NCBI RefSeq assembly: GCF_000009045.1
Contig: NC_000964.3
Span: forward strand, 120,001-152,000
From: Bacillus subtilis subsp. subtilis str. 168
GTDB taxonomy: Bacteria > Bacillota > Bacilli > Bacillales > Bacillaceae
Length of the DNA stretch: 32,000 nt
Direction of reading: 5' to 3'
Shown here: piece after piece, positions 1-12,881 of the stretch
How the letters are laid out: every line of letters starts with the position of its first letter
Numbering within the stretch: the first letter of the stretch is position 1
Translations under genes and position numbers: made by a program
Notes under the pieces: model-generated
Told to the model about the DNA's origin: nothing
Database searches by the model: none
The model's input: the letters and a program-made list of their open reading frames with translations, nothing else

Positions 1-60
1 TCTCAGTCGTGATCACCTAACGGTATAAGTGTTACACAAGAATCTACAGGAGGTGTAACC

Positions 61-561
61 ATGAGCAGCGCAATTGAAACAAAAAAAGTTGTTGTTGAAG
101 AAATTGCTTCTAAACTGAAAGAAAGTAAATCAACGATCATCGTTGACTATCGCGGACTTAACGTTTCTGAAGTAACTGAACTTCGTAAACAGCTTCGCGA
201 AGCTAACGTTGAGTTCAAAGTTTACAAAAATACGATGACTCGCCGTGCGGTTGAACAAGCTGAGCTTAATGGTTTGAATGATTTCTTAACTGGACCGAAC
301 GCGATCGCATTCAGCACTGAAGATGTTGTCGCTCCGGCTAAAGTTCTTAATGACTTCGCTAAAAATCACGAAGCTCTTGAAATCAAAGCTGGCGTTATCG
401 AAGGTAAAGTTTCTACTGTTGAAGAAGTGAAAGCTCTTGCTGAACTTCCATCACGCGAAGGCTTGCTTTCTATGTTGCTTAGCGTACTTCAAGCTCCAGT
501 TCGCAACCTTGCTCTTGCTGCAAAAGCTGTGGCAGAACAAAAGGAAGAACAAGGCGCTTAA
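61..561 (+). CDS. rplJ: 50S ribosomal protein L10
   Basis: 166-aa ORF with typical Bacillus L10 sequence; AGGAGGTG Shine-Dalgarno (SD) just upstream; followed by rplL. Confidence 0.98.
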   Translation: MSSAIETKKVVVEEIASKLKESKSTIIVDYRGLNVSEVTELRKQLREANVEFKVYKNTMTRRAVEQAELNGLNDFLTGPNAIAFSTEDVVAPAKVLNDFAKNHEALEIKAGVIEGKVSTVEEVKALAELPSREGLLSMLLSVLQAPVRNLALAAKAVAEQKEEQGA

Positions 562-606
562 TCTAATCAGTTTTTCATAAATTAAAACAAAATGGAGGAA
601 TTACAA

Positions 607-978
607 ATGGCTTTAAATATCGAAGAAATCATTGCTTCCGTTAAAGAAGCAACTGTACTTGAATTGAACGACCTAGTAAAAGCAATCGAAGAAGAATTTG
701 GCGTAACTGCTGCTGCTCCTGTAGCTGTAGCTGGCGGAGCTGCTGCTGGCGGAGCTGCTGAAGAGCAAAGCGAATTCGATCTTATCCTTGCTGGTGCAGG
801 ATCTCAAAAAATCAAAGTTATCAAAGTTGTACGTGAAATCACTGGTCTTGGCTTGAAAGAAGCTAAAGAGCTTGTTGACAACACTCCAAAACCACTTAAA
901 GAAGGTATTGCTAAAGAAGAAGCTGAAGAGCTTAAAGCTAAACTTGAAGAAGTTGGCGCTTCTGTAGAAGTTAAGTAA
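607..978 (+). CDS. rplL: 50S ribosomal protein L7/L12
   Basis: 123 aa starting [17 protein letters not shown], Ala/Gly hinge and conserved C-terminal domain. The track's start at 592 lies on the SD (ATGGAGG), so the real start is 607. Confidence 0.97.
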
Positions 979-998
979 TCTTCACTTACCTGTAGGGG

Positions 999-1027
999 AA
1001 GCTCGCTTTTATGAGGCGAGCTTTTTC
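999..1027 (+). terminator. Intrinsic terminator/attenuator after rplL
   Basis: AAGCTCGC (999-1006) pairs with GCGAGCTT (1016-1023), then a T-rich tract. Downstream ybxB has its own SD. Confidence 0.8.
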
Positions 1028-1067
1028 TTTGCCATTCTTTAAGCCATGAAAAAAGGAGGTTCTAATA

Positions 1068-1673
1068 ATGAGTGAGCACTATTATTCAGAAAAACCTTCA
1101 GTAAAAAGCAACAAGCAAACCTGGTCTTTTAGGCTTCGGAATAAAGATTTCACGTTTACCAGCGACAGCGGGGTTTTTTCTAAAAAAGAAGTTGATTTCG
1201 GCTCCCGCCTGCTGATTGATTCTTTTGAAGAGCCTGAGGTTGAGGGCGGCATTTTAGATGTAGGCTGCGGATACGGCCCGATTGGTTTATCGCTCGCCAG
1301 CGACTTTAAAGACCGGACCATCCACATGATTGACGTTAATGAGAGAGCCGTAGAACTATCAAATGAAAATGCGGAACAGAACGGAATAACAAACGTTAAG
1401 ATTTATCAAAGCGATTTGTTTTCAAACGTTGATTCTGCTCAAACATTTGCTTCTATTCTTACAAATCCCCCAATCCGAGCCGGAAAAAAAGTTGTCCATG
1501 CTATCTTTGAGAAAAGCGCTGAACACTTAAAAGCTTCAGGTGAATTGTGGATCGTCATACAGAAAAAGCAAGGCGCGCCTTCTGCCATTGAAAAGCTCGA
1601 GGAACTGTTCGATGAAGTTTCCGTCGTTCAAAAAAAGAAAGGCTATTATATCATAAAAGCAAAAAAAGTTTGA
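1068..1673 (+). CDS. ybxB: Class I SAM-dependent methyltransferase, RsmC-like (16S rRNA m2G family), YbxB
   Basis: 201 aa; motif I DVGCGYGPIG and catalytic-type TNPPIRAG motif; AAAGGAGGT SD; located between rplL and rpoB. Confidence 0.93.
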   Translation: MSEHYYSEKPSVKSNKQTWSFRLRNKDFTFTSDSGVFSKKEVDFGSRLLIDSFEEPEVEGGILDVGCGYGPIGLSLASDFKDRTIHMIDVNERAVELSNENAEQNGITNVKIYQSDLFSNVDSAQTFASILTNPPIRAGKKVVHAIFEKSAEHLKASGELWIVIQKKQGAPSAIEKLEELFDEVSVVQKKKGYYIIKAKKV

Positions 1674-1698
1674 CTCGGTATTTTAACTATGTTAATAT
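1670..1698 (+). promoter_or_regulatory. Sigma-A promoter candidate for rpoB-rpoC
   Basis: TTGACT (1670-1675), 17-bp spacer, TAATAT (1693-1698). The -35 overlaps the ybxB stop codon. Confidence 0.8.
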
Positions 1699-1808
1699 TG
1701 TAAAATGCCAATGTATATATTTTGCTTGATATGATGAATTGTCAATATCTATGTATAAATTATACAAGTATGGAAATGCTAATAAAATCGGTATTTGTTT
1801 TTGGATGT

Positions 1809-1835
1809 GGTTTTCTTAATTAGAAACCCTTTTTT
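1809..1835 (+). promoter_or_regulatory. Terminator-like weak hairpin in rpoB leader
   Basis: GGTTT(T)CT / AGAAACC with TAATT loop, followed by C and TTTTTT (1830-1835). AU-rich with one bulge. Confidence 0.4.
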
Positions 1836-1918
1836 CTTTTGTCTTGTAAAAGTATTTTCTTTCTTTGGAAGAAATGCTTATTACACATATAATACGCATG
1901 ATTTGAGGGGTGAATCAG

Positions 1919-4900
1919 TTGACAGGTCAACTAGTTCAGTATGGACGACACCGCCAGCGCAGAAGCTATGCTCGCATTAGCGAAGTGTTAGAATTACCAA
2001 ATCTCATTGAAATTCAAACCTCTTCTTATCAGTGGTTTCTTGATGAGGGTCTTAGAGAGATGTTTCAAGACATATCACCAATTGAGGATTTCACTGGTAA
2101 CCTCTCTCTTGAGTTCATTGATTATAGTTTAGGTGAGCCTAAATATCCTGTAGAGGAATCAAAAGAACGTGATGTGACTTACTCAGCTCCGCTAAGAGTG
2201 AAGGTTCGTTTAATTAACAAAGAAACTGGAGAGGTAAAAGACCAAGATGTCTTCATGGGTGATTTCCCTATTATGACAGATACAGGTACTTTTATCATTA
2301 ACGGTGCGGAACGTGTTATCGTTTCCCAGCTTGTTCGGTCTCCAAGTGTATATTTCAGTGGTAAAGTAGACAAAAACGGTAAAAAAGGTTTTACCGCAAC
2401 TGTCATTCCAAACCGTGGCGCATGGTTAGAATACGAAACTGATGCGAAAGATGTTGTTTATGTCCGCATTGATCGCACACGTAAGTTGCCGGTTACGGTT
2501 CTTTTGCGTGCTCTCGGCTTCGGCTCCGATCAAGAGATTCTTGATCTCATAGGAGAAAACGAATACCTGCGAAATACGCTTGATAAAGATAACACAGAAA
2601 ACAGCGACAAAGCGTTGCTGGAAATTTACGAGCGTCTCCGTCCTGGAGAGCCGCCTACAGTAGAAAATGCGAAAAGCTTGCTTGATTCTCGTTTCTTTGA
2701 TCCGAAACGATACGATCTTGCCAATGTAGGACGCTATAAAATTAATAAAAAACTTCATATTAAGAATCGCCTCTTCAATCAGAGACTTGCTGAAACGCTT
2801 GTTGATCCTGAAACAGGAGAAATCCTTGCTGAAAAAGGCCAGATTCTTGATAGAAGAACGCTTGATAAAGTACTGCCATACTTAGAAAACGGAATCGGTT
2901 TTAGAAAGCTGTATCCGAATGGCGGCGTTGTTGAAGATGAAGTGACTCTTCAATCAATTAAAATCTTTGCTCCGACTGATCAAGAAGGAGAACAGGTTAT
3001 CAATGTAATCGGCAATGCTTACATCGAAGAAGAGATTAAAAACATCACGCCTGCTGATATTATTTCTTCAATCAGCTACTTCTTCAACCTGCTGCACGGA
3101 GTAGGCGACACAGATGATATCGATCATCTTGGAAACCGCCGTTTACGTTCTGTAGGCGAGCTTCTCCAGAACCAATTCCGTATCGGTTTAAGCCGTATGG
3201 AGCGTGTGGTTCGTGAGAGAATGTCAATTCAAGATACGAATACAATTACGCCTCAGCAGCTGATCAATATTCGTCCTGTTATTGCGTCCATTAAAGAGTT
3301 CTTTGGAAGCTCACAGCTTTCTCAATTCATGGATCAGACGAACCCGCTTGCTGAATTAACGCACAAGCGTCGTCTGTCAGCATTAGGACCGGGCGGATTG
3401 ACACGTGAGCGTGCCGGAATGGAAGTGCGTGACGTTCACTACTCCCACTATGGCCGTATGTGTCCGATTGAAACGCCTGAGGGCCCGAACATCGGTTTGA
3501 TCAACTCACTATCATCTTATGCAAAAGTAAACCGTTTTGGCTTTATTGAAACGCCATATCGCCGCGTTGACCCTGAAACAGGGAAGGTAACGGGCAGAAT
3601 CGATTACTTAACTGCTGATGAAGAGGATAACTATGTTGTCGCTCAAGCGAATGCTCGTCTTGATGACGAAGGCGCCTTTATTGATGACAGCATCGTAGCT
3701 CGTTTCCGCGGGGAGAACACCGTTGTTTCCAGAAATCGTGTAGACTACATGGATGTATCGCCTAAGCAGGTTGTATCTGCTGCGACAGCATGTATCCCGT
3801 TCTTAGAAAACGATGACTCCAACCGTGCCCTCATGGGAGCGAACATGCAGCGTCAGGCTGTGCCTTTGATGCAGCCGGAAGCGCCATTTGTTGGAACTGG
3901 TATGGAATACGTATCAGGAAAAGACTCTGGTGCCGCTGTTATTTGTAAACACCCTGGTATCGTTGAACGCGTAGAAGCCAAAAACGTTTGGGTTCGCCGT
4001 TATGAAGAAGTAGACGGTCAAAAAGTAAAAGGAAACCTGGATAAATACAGCCTGCTGAAATTTGTCCGCTCTAACCAAGGTACGTGCTACAACCAGCGTC
4101 CGATCGTAAGTGTCGGCGATGAAGTGGTAAAAGGAGAAATCCTTGCTGACGGTCCTTCTATGGAGCTTGGTGAACTTGCACTTGGCCGTAACGTAATGGT
4201 CGGCTTCATGACGTGGGATGGCTACAACTATGAGGATGCCATCATCATGAGTGAACGCCTAGTGAAGGATGATGTTTATACATCTATCCACATTGAAGAA
4301 TACGAATCAGAAGCACGTGATACGAAACTTGGACCTGAAGAAATCACTCGCGATATTCCAAACGTCGGTGAAGATGCGCTTCGCAATCTTGATGACCGCG
4401 GAATCATCCGTATTGGGGCAGAAGTAAAAGACGGAGATCTTCTTGTTGGTAAAGTAACGCCTAAAGGCGTAACTGAACTGACTGCCGAAGAACGCCTTCT
4501 TCACGCCATCTTTGGCGAGAAAGCCCGCGAGGTTCGTGATACTTCTCTTCGTGTGCCTCATGGCGGCGGCGGAATTATCCATGACGTTAAAGTCTTCAAC
4601 CGTGAAGACGGAGACGAACTTCCTCCAGGTGTTAACCAGTTAGTACGCGTATATATCGTTCAGAAACGTAAGATTTCTGAAGGGGATAAAATGGCCGGTC
4701 GTCACGGTAACAAAGGTGTTATCTCTAAGATTCTTCCTGAAGAGGATATGCCTTACCTTCCTGACGGCACACCAATTGATATCATGCTTAACCCGCTGGG
4801 CGTACCATCACGTATGAACATCGGGCAGGTATTGGAACTTCACATGGGTATGGCCGCTCGTTACCTTGGCATTCACATTGCATCTCCTGTATTTGACGGA

Positions 4901-5500
4901 GCGCGAGAAGAGGATGTCTGGGAAACACTTGAAGAAGCCGGCATGTCTCGTGACGCCAAAACAGTGCTTTACGACGGACGTACTGGAGAGCCGTTTGATA
5001 ACCGTGTATCTGTCGGTATCATGTACATGATCAAACTGGCTCACATGGTTGACGATAAACTTCATGCACGCTCTACAGGCCCTTACTCACTTGTTACGCA
5101 GCAGCCTCTTGGCGGTAAAGCGCAATTTGGCGGACAGCGTTTTGGTGAGATGGAGGTTTGGGCACTTGAAGCTTACGGTGCGGCTTACACTCTTCAAGAA
5201 ATTCTGACTGTTAAGTCTGATGACGTGGTTGGACGTGTGAAAACATACGAAGCCATCGTTAAAGGCGACAATGTTCCTGAACCAGGTGTTCCGGAATCAT
5301 TCAAAGTATTAATCAAAGAACTTCAAAGCTTAGGTATGGATGTCAAAATCCTTTCTGGTGATGAAGAAGAAATAGAAATGAGAGATTTAGAAGACGAAGA
5401 AGATGCGAAACAAGCTGACGGCCTGGCATTATCAGGTGATGAAGAGCCGGAAGAAACAGCATCTGCAGACGTTGAACGCGATGTAGTAACAAAAGAATAA
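1919..5500 (+). CDS. rpoB: DNA-directed RNA polymerase beta subunit
   Basis: 1193 aa from TTG 1919 ([20 protein letters not shown]) with GAGGGG SD at 1905-1910. The track's GTG at 1910 overlaps the SD. Confidence 0.98.
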   Translation: MTGQLVQYGRHRQRRSYARISEVLELPNLIEIQTSSYQWFLDEGLREMFQDISPIEDFTGNLSLEFIDYSLGEPKYPVEESKERDVTYSAPLRVKVRLINKETGEVKDQDVFMGDFPIMTDTGTFIINGAERVIVSQLVRSPSVYFSGKVDKNGKKGFTATVIPNRGAWLEYETDAKDVVYVRIDRTRKLPVTVLLRALGFGSDQEILDLIGENEYLRNTLDKDNTENSDKALLEIYERLRPGEPPTVENAKSLLDSRFFDPKRYDLANVGRYKINKKLHIKNRLFNQRLAETLVDPETGEILAEKGQILDRRTLDKVLPYLENGIGFRKLYPNGGVVEDEVTLQSIKIFAPTDQEGEQVINVIGNAYIEEEIKNITPADIISSISYFFNLLHGVGDTDDIDHLGNRRLRSVGELLQNQFRIGLSRMERVVRERMSIQDTNTITPQQLINIRPVIASIKEFFGSSQLSQFMDQTNPLAELTHKRRLSALGPGGLTRERAGMEVRDVHYSHYGRMCPIETPEGPNIGLINSLSSYAKVNRFGFIETPYRRVDPETGKVTGRIDYLTADEEDNYVVAQANARLDDEGAFIDDSIVARFRGENTVVSRNRVDYMDVSPKQVVSAATACIPFLENDDSNRALMGANMQRQAVPLMQPEAPFVGTGMEYVSGKDSGAAVICKHPGIVERVEAKNVWVRRYEEVDGQKVKGNLDKYSLLKFVRSNQGTCYNQRPIVSVGDEVVKGEILADGPSMELGELALGRNVMVGFMTWDGYNYEDAIIMSERLVKDDVYTSIHIEEYESEARDTKLGPEEITRDIPNVGEDALRNLDDRGIIRIGAEVKDGDLLVGKVTPKGVTELTAEERLLHAIFGEKAREVRDTSLRVPHGGGGIIHDVKVFNREDGDELPPGVNQLVRVYIVQKRKISEGDKMAGRHGNKGVISKILPEEDMPYLPDGTPIDIMLNPLGVPSRMNIGQVLELHMGMAARYLGIHIASPVFDGAREEDVWETLEEAGMSRDAKTVLYDGRTGEPFDNRVSVGIMYMIKLAHMVDDKLHARSTGPYSLVTQQPLGGKAQFGGQRFGEMEVWALEAYGAAYTLQEILTVKSDDVVGRVKTYEAIVKGDNVPEPGVPESFKVLIKELQSLGMDVKILSGDEEEIEMRDLEDEEDAKQADGLALSGDEEPEETASADVERDVVTKE

Positions 5501-5561
5501 TCTCTAGTTATAAAGGCAAGTGACATCGGTTAATCCGAAGATAAAAAGGGAGGTAGGCCCC

Positions 5562-8500
5562 TTGCTAGATGTGAACAATTTTGAGTATATGAACATCGGT
5601 CTTGCTTCACCAGATAAAATCCGTTCATGGTCTTTTGGTGAAGTGAAAAAGCCTGAAACGATAAACTATCGTACGTTAAAACCTGAAAAGGACGGTCTAT
5701 TCTGCGAACGCATTTTCGGACCGACTAAGGACTGGGAATGTCATTGCGGGAAGTACAAGCGAGTTCGTTATAAAGGCGTAGTTTGTGACCGCTGCGGAGT
5801 CGAAGTAACACGGGCTAAAGTCCGTCGTGAGAGAATGGGGCACATTGAACTGGCTGCCCCAGTTTCCCACATTTGGTATTTCAAAGGTATTCCAAGCCGT
5901 ATGGGTCTTGTGCTGGATATGTCACCTCGTGCTTTAGAAGAAGTCATTTACTTTGCTTCTTACGTTGTAACTGATCCGGCGAATACACCGCTTGAAAAGA
6001 AACAGCTTCTGTCTGAGAAAGAATACCGTGCTTATCTTGATAAATACGGTAATAAATTCCAAGCATCTATGGGTGCTGAAGCAATTCATAAACTTCTTCA
6101 AGATATCGATCTTGTAAAAGAAGTTGATATGTTAAAAGAAGAGCTGAAAACTTCACAAGGACAACGCCGTACTCGTGCGATCAAACGTCTTGAAGTTTTA
6201 GAAGCCTTCCGTAACTCAGGAAACAAGCCTTCTTGGATGATCCTTGATGTGCTTCCTGTTATTCCTCCGGAGCTTAGACCGATGGTTCAGCTAGATGGCG
6301 GACGTTTTGCGACTTCTGATTTGAATGACCTTTATCGTCGTGTCATCAACCGTAACAATCGTTTGAAACGCCTTTTGGACCTTGGTGCGCCTAGCATCAT
6401 CGTTCAAAACGAAAAGCGTATGCTTCAAGAGGCTGTCGATGCCCTAATTGACAACGGCCGCCGCGGACGCCCTGTAACAGGTCCTGGAAACAGACCGTTA
6501 AAATCTCTTTCTCACATGCTGAAAGGGAAGCAAGGCCGTTTCCGTCAAAACCTTCTTGGTAAACGTGTCGATTACTCCGGACGTTCTGTAATCGTTGTTG
6601 GTCCTCATTTGAAAATGTACCAATGCGGATTACCGAAGGAAATGGCACTTGAACTTTTCAAACCTTTCGTTATGAAAGAACTTGTTGAAAAAGGTCTTGC
6701 TCACAACATTAAGAGTGCGAAACGCAAAATTGAGCGCGTACAGCCTGAAGTTTGGGATGTACTAGAATCAGTTATTAAGGAGCATCCGGTACTGCTGAAC
6801 CGTGCCCCTACACTTCACAGATTAGGTATCCAGGCGTTTGAACCAACGCTTGTTGAAGGACGCGCAATCCGTCTTCACCCGCTCGTATGTACAGCTTACA
6901 ACGCTGACTTTGACGGTGACCAAATGGCGGTTCACGTACCATTATCTGCTGAAGCACAAGCTGAAGCACGCATCTTGATGCTTGCTGCTCAAAACATCTT
7001 GAACCCTAAAGATGGTAAACCGGTTGTAACACCGTCTCAGGATATGGTACTAGGTAACTATTACCTGACACTTGAGCGTGCCGGTGCTGTCGGTGAAGGT
7101 ATGGTCTTCAAGAATACAGACGAAGCGCTTCTTGCTTATCAAAACGGATATGTTCACCTTCATACGAGAGTAGCTGTTGCAGCTAACTCACTTAAGAATG
7201 TGACATTTACCGAAGAACAGCGCTCAAAATTGTTAATTACAACTGTCGGTAAGCTTGTCTTCAATGAAATTCTTCCGGAATCATTCCCTTACATGAATGA
7301 ACCAACGAAGAGCAACATTGAAGAGAAAACACCTGACCGTTTCTTCTTAGAAAAAGGTGCTGATGTTAAAGCTGTTATCGCACAGCAGCCAATCAATGCG
7401 CCGTTTAAAAAAGGCATTCTGGGTAAAATCATCGCGGAAATCTTTAAACGATTCCATATTACGGAAACGTCTAAAATGCTTGACCGCATGAAAAACCTAG
7501 GTTTCAAATATTCAACTAAAGCTGGTATTACAGTTGGGGTTTCTGACATCGTCGTACTCGATGATAAACAAGAAATTCTTGAGGAAGCGCAAAGCAAAGT
7601 TGACAACGTTATGAAGCAATTCCGCCGCGGTCTTATCACTGAAGAAGAACGCTATGAGAGAGTCATCTCTATCTGGAGTGCTGCAAAAGACGTTATCCAA
7701 GGCAAACTGATGAAATCACTTGATGAACTCAACCCGATCTACATGATGAGTGACTCTGGTGCCCGTGGTAACGCATCTAACTTTACGCAGCTTGCCGGAA
7801 TGCGCGGCCTGATGGCCAACCCGGCTGGACGTATCATTGAGTTGCCGATCAAATCAAGTTTCCGTGAAGGTCTGACAGTATTGGAGTACTTTATCTCCAC
7901 ACACGGTGCGCGTAAAGGTCTTGCCGATACCGCTCTTAAAACTGCTGACTCAGGTTACCTTACACGCCGTCTCGTTGACGTTGCTCAGGATGTTATCATC
8001 CGTGAAACTGATTGCGGAACTGACCGAGGCATTCTTGCTAAGCCTCTTAAAGAAGGAACTGAAACAATTGAGCGCTTAGAAGAACGCTTAATCGGACGTT
8101 TTGCAAGAAAACAAGTGAAGCACCCTGAAACAGGTGAAGTGCTTGTGAATGAAAACGAACTGATCGATGAAGATAAAGCACTGGAGATTGTCGAAGCCGG
8201 CATTGAAGAAGTGTGGATCCGTTCTGCCTTCACATGTAATACGCCTCATGGTGTATGTAAACGATGCTATGGCCGAAATCTTGCAACTGGCTCCGATGTT
8301 GAAGTCGGTGAAGCTGTCGGAATCATTGCTGCCCAATCAATCGGTGAGCCTGGTACACAGTTAACAATGCGTACATTCCATACAGGCGGGGTTGCCGGAG
8401 ACGATATCACACAGGGTCTTCCGCGTATCCAAGAGCTTTTCGAAGCGCGTAATCCGAAAGGTCAGGCAACAATTACAGAAATCGACGGTACAGTCGTTGA

Positions 8501-9161
8501 GATCAATGAAGTTCGTGATAAGCAACAGGAAATTGTGGTTCAAGGCGCAGTGGAAACACGTTCTTATACGGCACCTTACAACTCCCGCCTGAAAGTAGCG
8601 GAAGGAGATAAAATTACTCGAGGCCAAGTACTGACAGAAGGTTCAATCGATCCGAAAGAACTTCTTAAAGTGACTGACCTGACGACTGTTCAAGAGTATC
8701 TTCTCCATGAGGTTCAAAAGGTTTACCGTATGCAGGGTGTTGAAATCGGTGATAAACACGTAGAAGTAATGGTTCGCCAGATGCTTCGCAAAGTACGCGT
8801 GATTGATGCCGGTGACACTGATGTGCTTCCAGGTACATTGCTTGATATTCACCAATTTACTGAAGCGAACAAAAAGGTATTGCTTGAAGGCAACCGACCA
8901 GCTACAGGCCGTCCTGTCTTACTCGGTATTACAAAAGCATCTCTTGAAACTGATTCATTCTTATCTGCTGCTTCCTTCCAGGAAACAACACGTGTCCTTA
9001 CAGATGCAGCGATCAAAGGTAAGCGTGACGAGCTTCTCGGCTTGAAAGAGAATGTTATCATCGGTAAGCTTGTTCCAGCAGGTACAGGAATGATGAAATA
9101 CCGTAAAGTAAAACCAGTATCAAATGTTCAGCCGACTGACGATATGGTCCCGGTTGAATAA
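5562..9161 (+). CDS. rpoC: DNA-directed RNA polymerase beta' subunit
   Basis: 1199 aa from TTG 5562 ([20 protein letters not shown]) with AAGGGAGGT SD; catalytic NADFDGD motif and N-terminal zinc cysteines (CHCG...CDRCG). The track's start at 5520 is over-extended. Confidence 0.98.
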   Translation: MLDVNNFEYMNIGLASPDKIRSWSFGEVKKPETINYRTLKPEKDGLFCERIFGPTKDWECHCGKYKRVRYKGVVCDRCGVEVTRAKVRRERMGHIELAAPVSHIWYFKGIPSRMGLVLDMSPRALEEVIYFASYVVTDPANTPLEKKQLLSEKEYRAYLDKYGNKFQASMGAEAIHKLLQDIDLVKEVDMLKEELKTSQGQRRTRAIKRLEVLEAFRNSGNKPSWMILDVLPVIPPELRPMVQLDGGRFATSDLNDLYRRVINRNNRLKRLLDLGAPSIIVQNEKRMLQEAVDALIDNGRRGRPVTGPGNRPLKSLSHMLKGKQGRFRQNLLGKRVDYSGRSVIVVGPHLKMYQCGLPKEMALELFKPFVMKELVEKGLAHNIKSAKRKIERVQPEVWDVLESVIKEHPVLLNRAPTLHRLGIQAFEPTLVEGRAIRLHPLVCTAYNADFDGDQMAVHVPLSAEAQAEARILMLAAQNILNPKDGKPVVTPSQDMVLGNYYLTLERAGAVGEGMVFKNTDEALLAYQNGYVHLHTRVAVAANSLKNVTFTEEQRSKLLITTVGKLVFNEILPESFPYMNEPTKSNIEEKTPDRFFLEKGADVKAVIAQQPINAPFKKGILGKIIAEIFKRFHITETSKMLDRMKNLGFKYSTKAGITVGVSDIVVLDDKQEILEEAQSKVDNVMKQFRRGLITEEERYERVISIWSAAKDVIQGKLMKSLDELNPIYMMSDSGARGNASNFTQLAGMRGLMANPAGRIIELPIKSSFREGLTVLEYFISTHGARKGLADTALKTADSGYLTRRLVDVAQDVIIRETDCGTDRGILAKPLKEGTETIERLEERLIGRFARKQVKHPETGEVLVNENELIDEDKALEIVEAGIEEVWIRSAFTCNTPHGVCKRCYGRNLATGSDVEVGEAVGIIAAQSIGEPGTQLTMRTFHTGGVAGDDITQGLPRIQELFEARNPKGQATITEIDGTVVEINEVRDKQQEIVVQGAVETRSYTAPYNSRLKVAEGDKITRGQVLTEGSIDPKELLKVTDLTTVQEYLLHEVQKVYRMQGVEIGDKHVEVMVRQMLRKVRVIDAGDTDVLPGTLLDIHQFTEANKKVLLEGNRPATGRPVLLGITKASLETDSFLSAASFQETTRVLTDAAIKGKRDELLGLKENVIIGKLVPAGTGMMKYRKVKPVSNVQPTDDMVPVE

Positions 9162-9171
9162 CTGATTTAAC

Positions 9172-9207
9172 TCTGCTGAAAGACTGCAAAAACAGTCTTT
9201 CAGCAGA
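9172..9207 (+). terminator. Perfect 15-bp hairpin after rpoC, terminator-like without a clean U-tract
   Basis: TCTGCTGAAAGACTG (9172-9186), loop CAAAAA, CAGTCTTTCAGCAGA (9193-9207), then TATATTTATG. Confidence 0.6.
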
Positions 9208-9265
9208 TATATTTATGAAAAAGTCACTCTATGAGAAGAACGAATCTAAAAAATGTCATACCTTG

Positions 9266-9294
9266 TTGACATTCGTCTCCTAGAATGATAATAT
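9266..9294 (+). promoter_or_regulatory. Near-consensus sigma-A promoter for ybxF and the str operon
   Basis: TTGACA (9266-9271), 17-bp spacer, TAATAT (9289-9294). Confidence 0.85.
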
Positions 9295-9339
9295 AACCAA
9301 GGTGCTCGAAATAAACCTGTTACTTTGGAGGATATGTTT

Positions 9340-9588
9340 ATGTCTTATGATAAAGTATCACAGGCCAAATCAATTATTATTGGTACGAAGCAAACAGTGA
9401 AAGCTCTAAAGCGAGGTTCAGTAAAGGAAGTAGTCGTTGCAAAAGACGCAGATCCGATACTCACGTCAAGTGTTGTTTCACTTGCTGAAGATCAAGGTAT
9501 CTCTGTCTCAATGGTTGAATCCATGAAAAAGCTCGGCAAAGCCTGCGGAATTGAGGTAGGAGCAGCCGCTGTTGCCATTATTTTATAA
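9340..9588 (+). CDS. rplGB: L7Ae-family RNA (K-turn) binding protein YbxF/RplGB
   Basis: 82 aa from ATG 9340 ([23 protein letters not shown]) after GGAGGAT SD; typical bacterial L7Ae-like protein preceding rpsL. The track's start at 9325 is over-extended. Confidence 0.94.
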
Positions 9589-9686
9589 CGTACTTTTGTT
9601 TTTGCGTAAGATTCCATCTTGTGTAAAGACATTGTTTTTTGCCTTTTGATGAACCACCTGGGTATGTGGGTTATAAAACGTAATGA

Positions 9687-10118
<432 letters not shown>

Positions 10119-10144
10119 TATACGAAAATACGCATAATTGATGA

Positions 10145-10630
<486 letters not shown>

Positions 10631-10683
10631 GATTTATAGATTAACAAAACACAATTTCCTAATAAGGAAGGAGAAATTACCCA

Positions 10684-12762
10684 ATGGCAAGAGAGTTCTC
10701 CTTAGAAAAAACTCGTAATATCGGTATCATGGCTCACATCGATGCCGGTAAAACGACTACTACAGAACGTATCTTGTTCTATACTGGTCGTATCCACAAA
10801 ATTGGTGAAACTCATGAAGGAGCTTCACAAATGGACTGGATGGAGCAGGAACAAGAACGTGGTATCACAATCACTTCCGCTGCGACTACTGCACAGTGGA
10901 AAGGATACCGCGTAAACATCATCGATACTCCAGGACACGTAGACTTCACAGTTGAAGTTGAACGTTCTCTTCGTGTACTTGATGGTGCTGTTGCTGTACT
11001 TGACGCGCAATCAGGCGTTGAGCCTCAAACAGAAACTGTTTGGCGTCAGGCAACAACTTATGGAGTACCGCGTATCGTTTTTGTTAACAAAATGGACAAA
11101 ATCGGTGCAGACTTCCTTTACTCTGTAGGAACTTTAAGAGACCGTCTTCAAGCAAACGCTCATGCAATTCAATTGCCGATCGGTGCTGAAGATAACTTCG
11201 AAGGTATCATTGACCTTGTAGAAAACGTTGCGTATTTCTACGAAGATGACCTCGGAACTCGTTCTGATGCAAAAGAAATCCCTGAAGAGTACAAAGAGCA
11301 AGCTGAAGAGCTTCGCAACAGCCTTATTGAAGCTGTATGTGAGCTTGATGAAGAGCTTATGGATAAGTACCTTGAGGGTGAAGAAATCACAATTGACGAG
11401 TTAAAAGCAGGAATTCGTAAAGGTACATTAAATGTTGAATTCTACCCTGTTCTTGTTGGTTCTGCCTTCAAAAACAAAGGTGTTCAACTAGTACTTGATG
11501 CTGTTCTTGACTACCTTCCTGCACCAACTGACGTTGCTGCAATCAAAGGTACACGTCCTGATACAAATGAAGAGATTGAGCGTCATTCTTCTGACGAAGA
11601 GCCATTCTCTGCATTAGCATTTAAAGTTATGACTGACCCTTACGTTGGTAAGTTGACGTTCTTCCGTGTGTACTCTGGAACACTTGATTCTGGTTCATAC
11701 GTGAAAAACTCTACTAAAGGCAAACGTGAGCGTGTTGGACGTATTCTTCAAATGCACGCTAACAGCCGTGAAGAAATCTCTACTGTATACGCAGGGGATA
11801 TCGCAGCTGCTGTAGGTCTAAAAGATACAACTACTGGAGATACTCTATGTGATGAGAAGGATCTTGTTATCCTTGAGTCAATGGAATTCCCAGAACCAGT
11901 TATCGACGTTGCTATTGAGCCTAAATCAAAAGCTGACCAAGATAAAATGGGTATCGCTTTAGCGAAACTTGCTGAAGAAGATCCTACATTCCGTACTCAA
12001 ACAAACCCAGAAACTGGCCAAACGATCATCTCTGGTATGGGTGAACTTCACCTTGATATCATTGTTGACCGTATGAAACGCGAATTTAAAGTAGAAGCCA
12101 ATGTTGGTGCTCCTCAAGTTGCGTACCGTGAAACATTCCGTACCGGTGCAAAAGTTGAAGGTAAATTCGTACGTCAGTCTGGTGGACGCGGTCAGTTCGG
12201 ACACGTTTGGATCGAATTCGAACCAAACGAAGAAGGCGCTGGCTTTGAATTTGAAAATGCGATTGTCGGTGGGGTCGTTCCTCGTGAATACATCCCAGCT
12301 GTTCAAGCAGGTCTGGAAGATGCACTCGAAAATGGTGTACTAGCAGGCTTCCCGCTTATCGACATTAAAGCTAAACTTTTCGACGGTTCTTACCATGATG
12401 TTGACTCAAACGAAATGGCATTTAAAGTCGCTGCTTCTATGGCATTGAAAAATGCAGTCAGCAAATGTAACCCAGTTCTTCTTGAACCAATCATGAAAGT
12501 GGAAGTGGTTATTCCAGAAGAATATATGGGAGATATCATGGGTGATATCACTTCACGTCGCGGACGCGTAGAAGGTATGGAAGCACGCGGTAACGCTCAA
12601 GTTGTTCGTGCTATGGTTCCTCTTGCTGAAATGTTCGGTTACGCTACTGCACTTCGTTCTAATACGCAAGGTCGCGGTACGTTCACTATGCACATGGATC
12701 ACTACGAAGAAGTGCCGAAGAGCGTCGCAGAAGAAATTATCAAAAAAAATAAAGGCGAATAA
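10684..12762 (+). CDS. fusA: Elongation factor G
   Basis: 692 aa; GTPase motifs [23 protein letters not shown]. Confidence 0.99.
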   Translation: MAREFSLEKTRNIGIMAHIDAGKTTTTERILFYTGRIHKIGETHEGASQMDWMEQEQERGITITSAATTAQWKGYRVNIIDTPGHVDFTVEVERSLRVLDGAVAVLDAQSGVEPQTETVWRQATTYGVPRIVFVNKMDKIGADFLYSVGTLRDRLQANAHAIQLPIGAEDNFEGIIDLVENVAYFYEDDLGTRSDAKEIPEEYKEQAEELRNSLIEAVCELDEELMDKYLEGEEITIDELKAGIRKGTLNVEFYPVLVGSAFKNKGVQLVLDAVLDYLPAPTDVAAIKGTRPDTNEEIERHSSDEEPFSALAFKVMTDPYVGKLTFFRVYSGTLDSGSYVKNSTKGKRERVGRILQMHANSREEISTVYAGDIAAAVGLKDTTTGDTLCDEKDLVILESMEFPEPVIDVAIEPKSKADQDKMGIALAKLAEEDPTFRTQTNPETGQTIISGMGELHLDIIVDRMKREFKVEANVGAPQVAYRETFRTGAKVEGKFVRQSGGRGQFGHVWIEFEPNEEGAGFEFENAIVGGVVPREYIPAVQAGLEDALENGVLAGFPLIDIKAKLFDGSYHDVDSNEMAFKVAASMALKNAVSKCNPVLLEPIMKVEVVIPEEYMGDIMGDITSRRGRVEGMEARGNAQVVRAMVPLAEMFGYATALRSNTQGRGTFTMHMDHYEEVPKSVAEEIIKKNKGE

Positions 12763-12806
12763 TTGATTTTGCCGCTTAACTCAAGTATAACTACTATTGT
12801 AAGATG

Positions 12807-12834
12807 AGGAAGTGAAAGCTTTCTTTCACTTCCT
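12807..12834 (+). promoter_or_regulatory. 12-bp perfect hairpin in fusA-tufA gap
   Basis: AGGAAGTGAAAG (12807-12818), loop CTTT, CTTTCACTTCCT (12823-12834); no U-tract. Confidence 0.7.
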
Positions 12835-12881
12835 ATCACTCTATACATTACTAATTAAAAGCTCTTAAGGAGGATTTTAGA

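Noticed and set aside
1-60. Search for the L10 leader/attenuator upstream of rplJ
   Set aside because: Only 60 nt before rplJ are in the window; the regulatory RNA, if present, lies mostly outside and cannot be judged.
1082-1327. Minus-strand ORFs opposite real genes, e.g. in ybxB, rpoB, rpoC, fusA, rplN, rpoA and ecfA2
   Set aside because: All lie inside well-supported + strand genes and lack SDs, intergenic promoters or familiar protein features.
1739-1775. Second possible promoter in the rpoB leader (TTGTCA, 16 bp, TATACA)
   Set aside because: Region is generally AT-rich and the -10 is poor compared with the 1670-1698 promoter.
1795-1980. 61-aa + strand ORF spanning the rpoB leader and rpoB start
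   Set aside because: No SD or plausible ATG; it crosses the leader hairpins and runs out of frame into rpoB.
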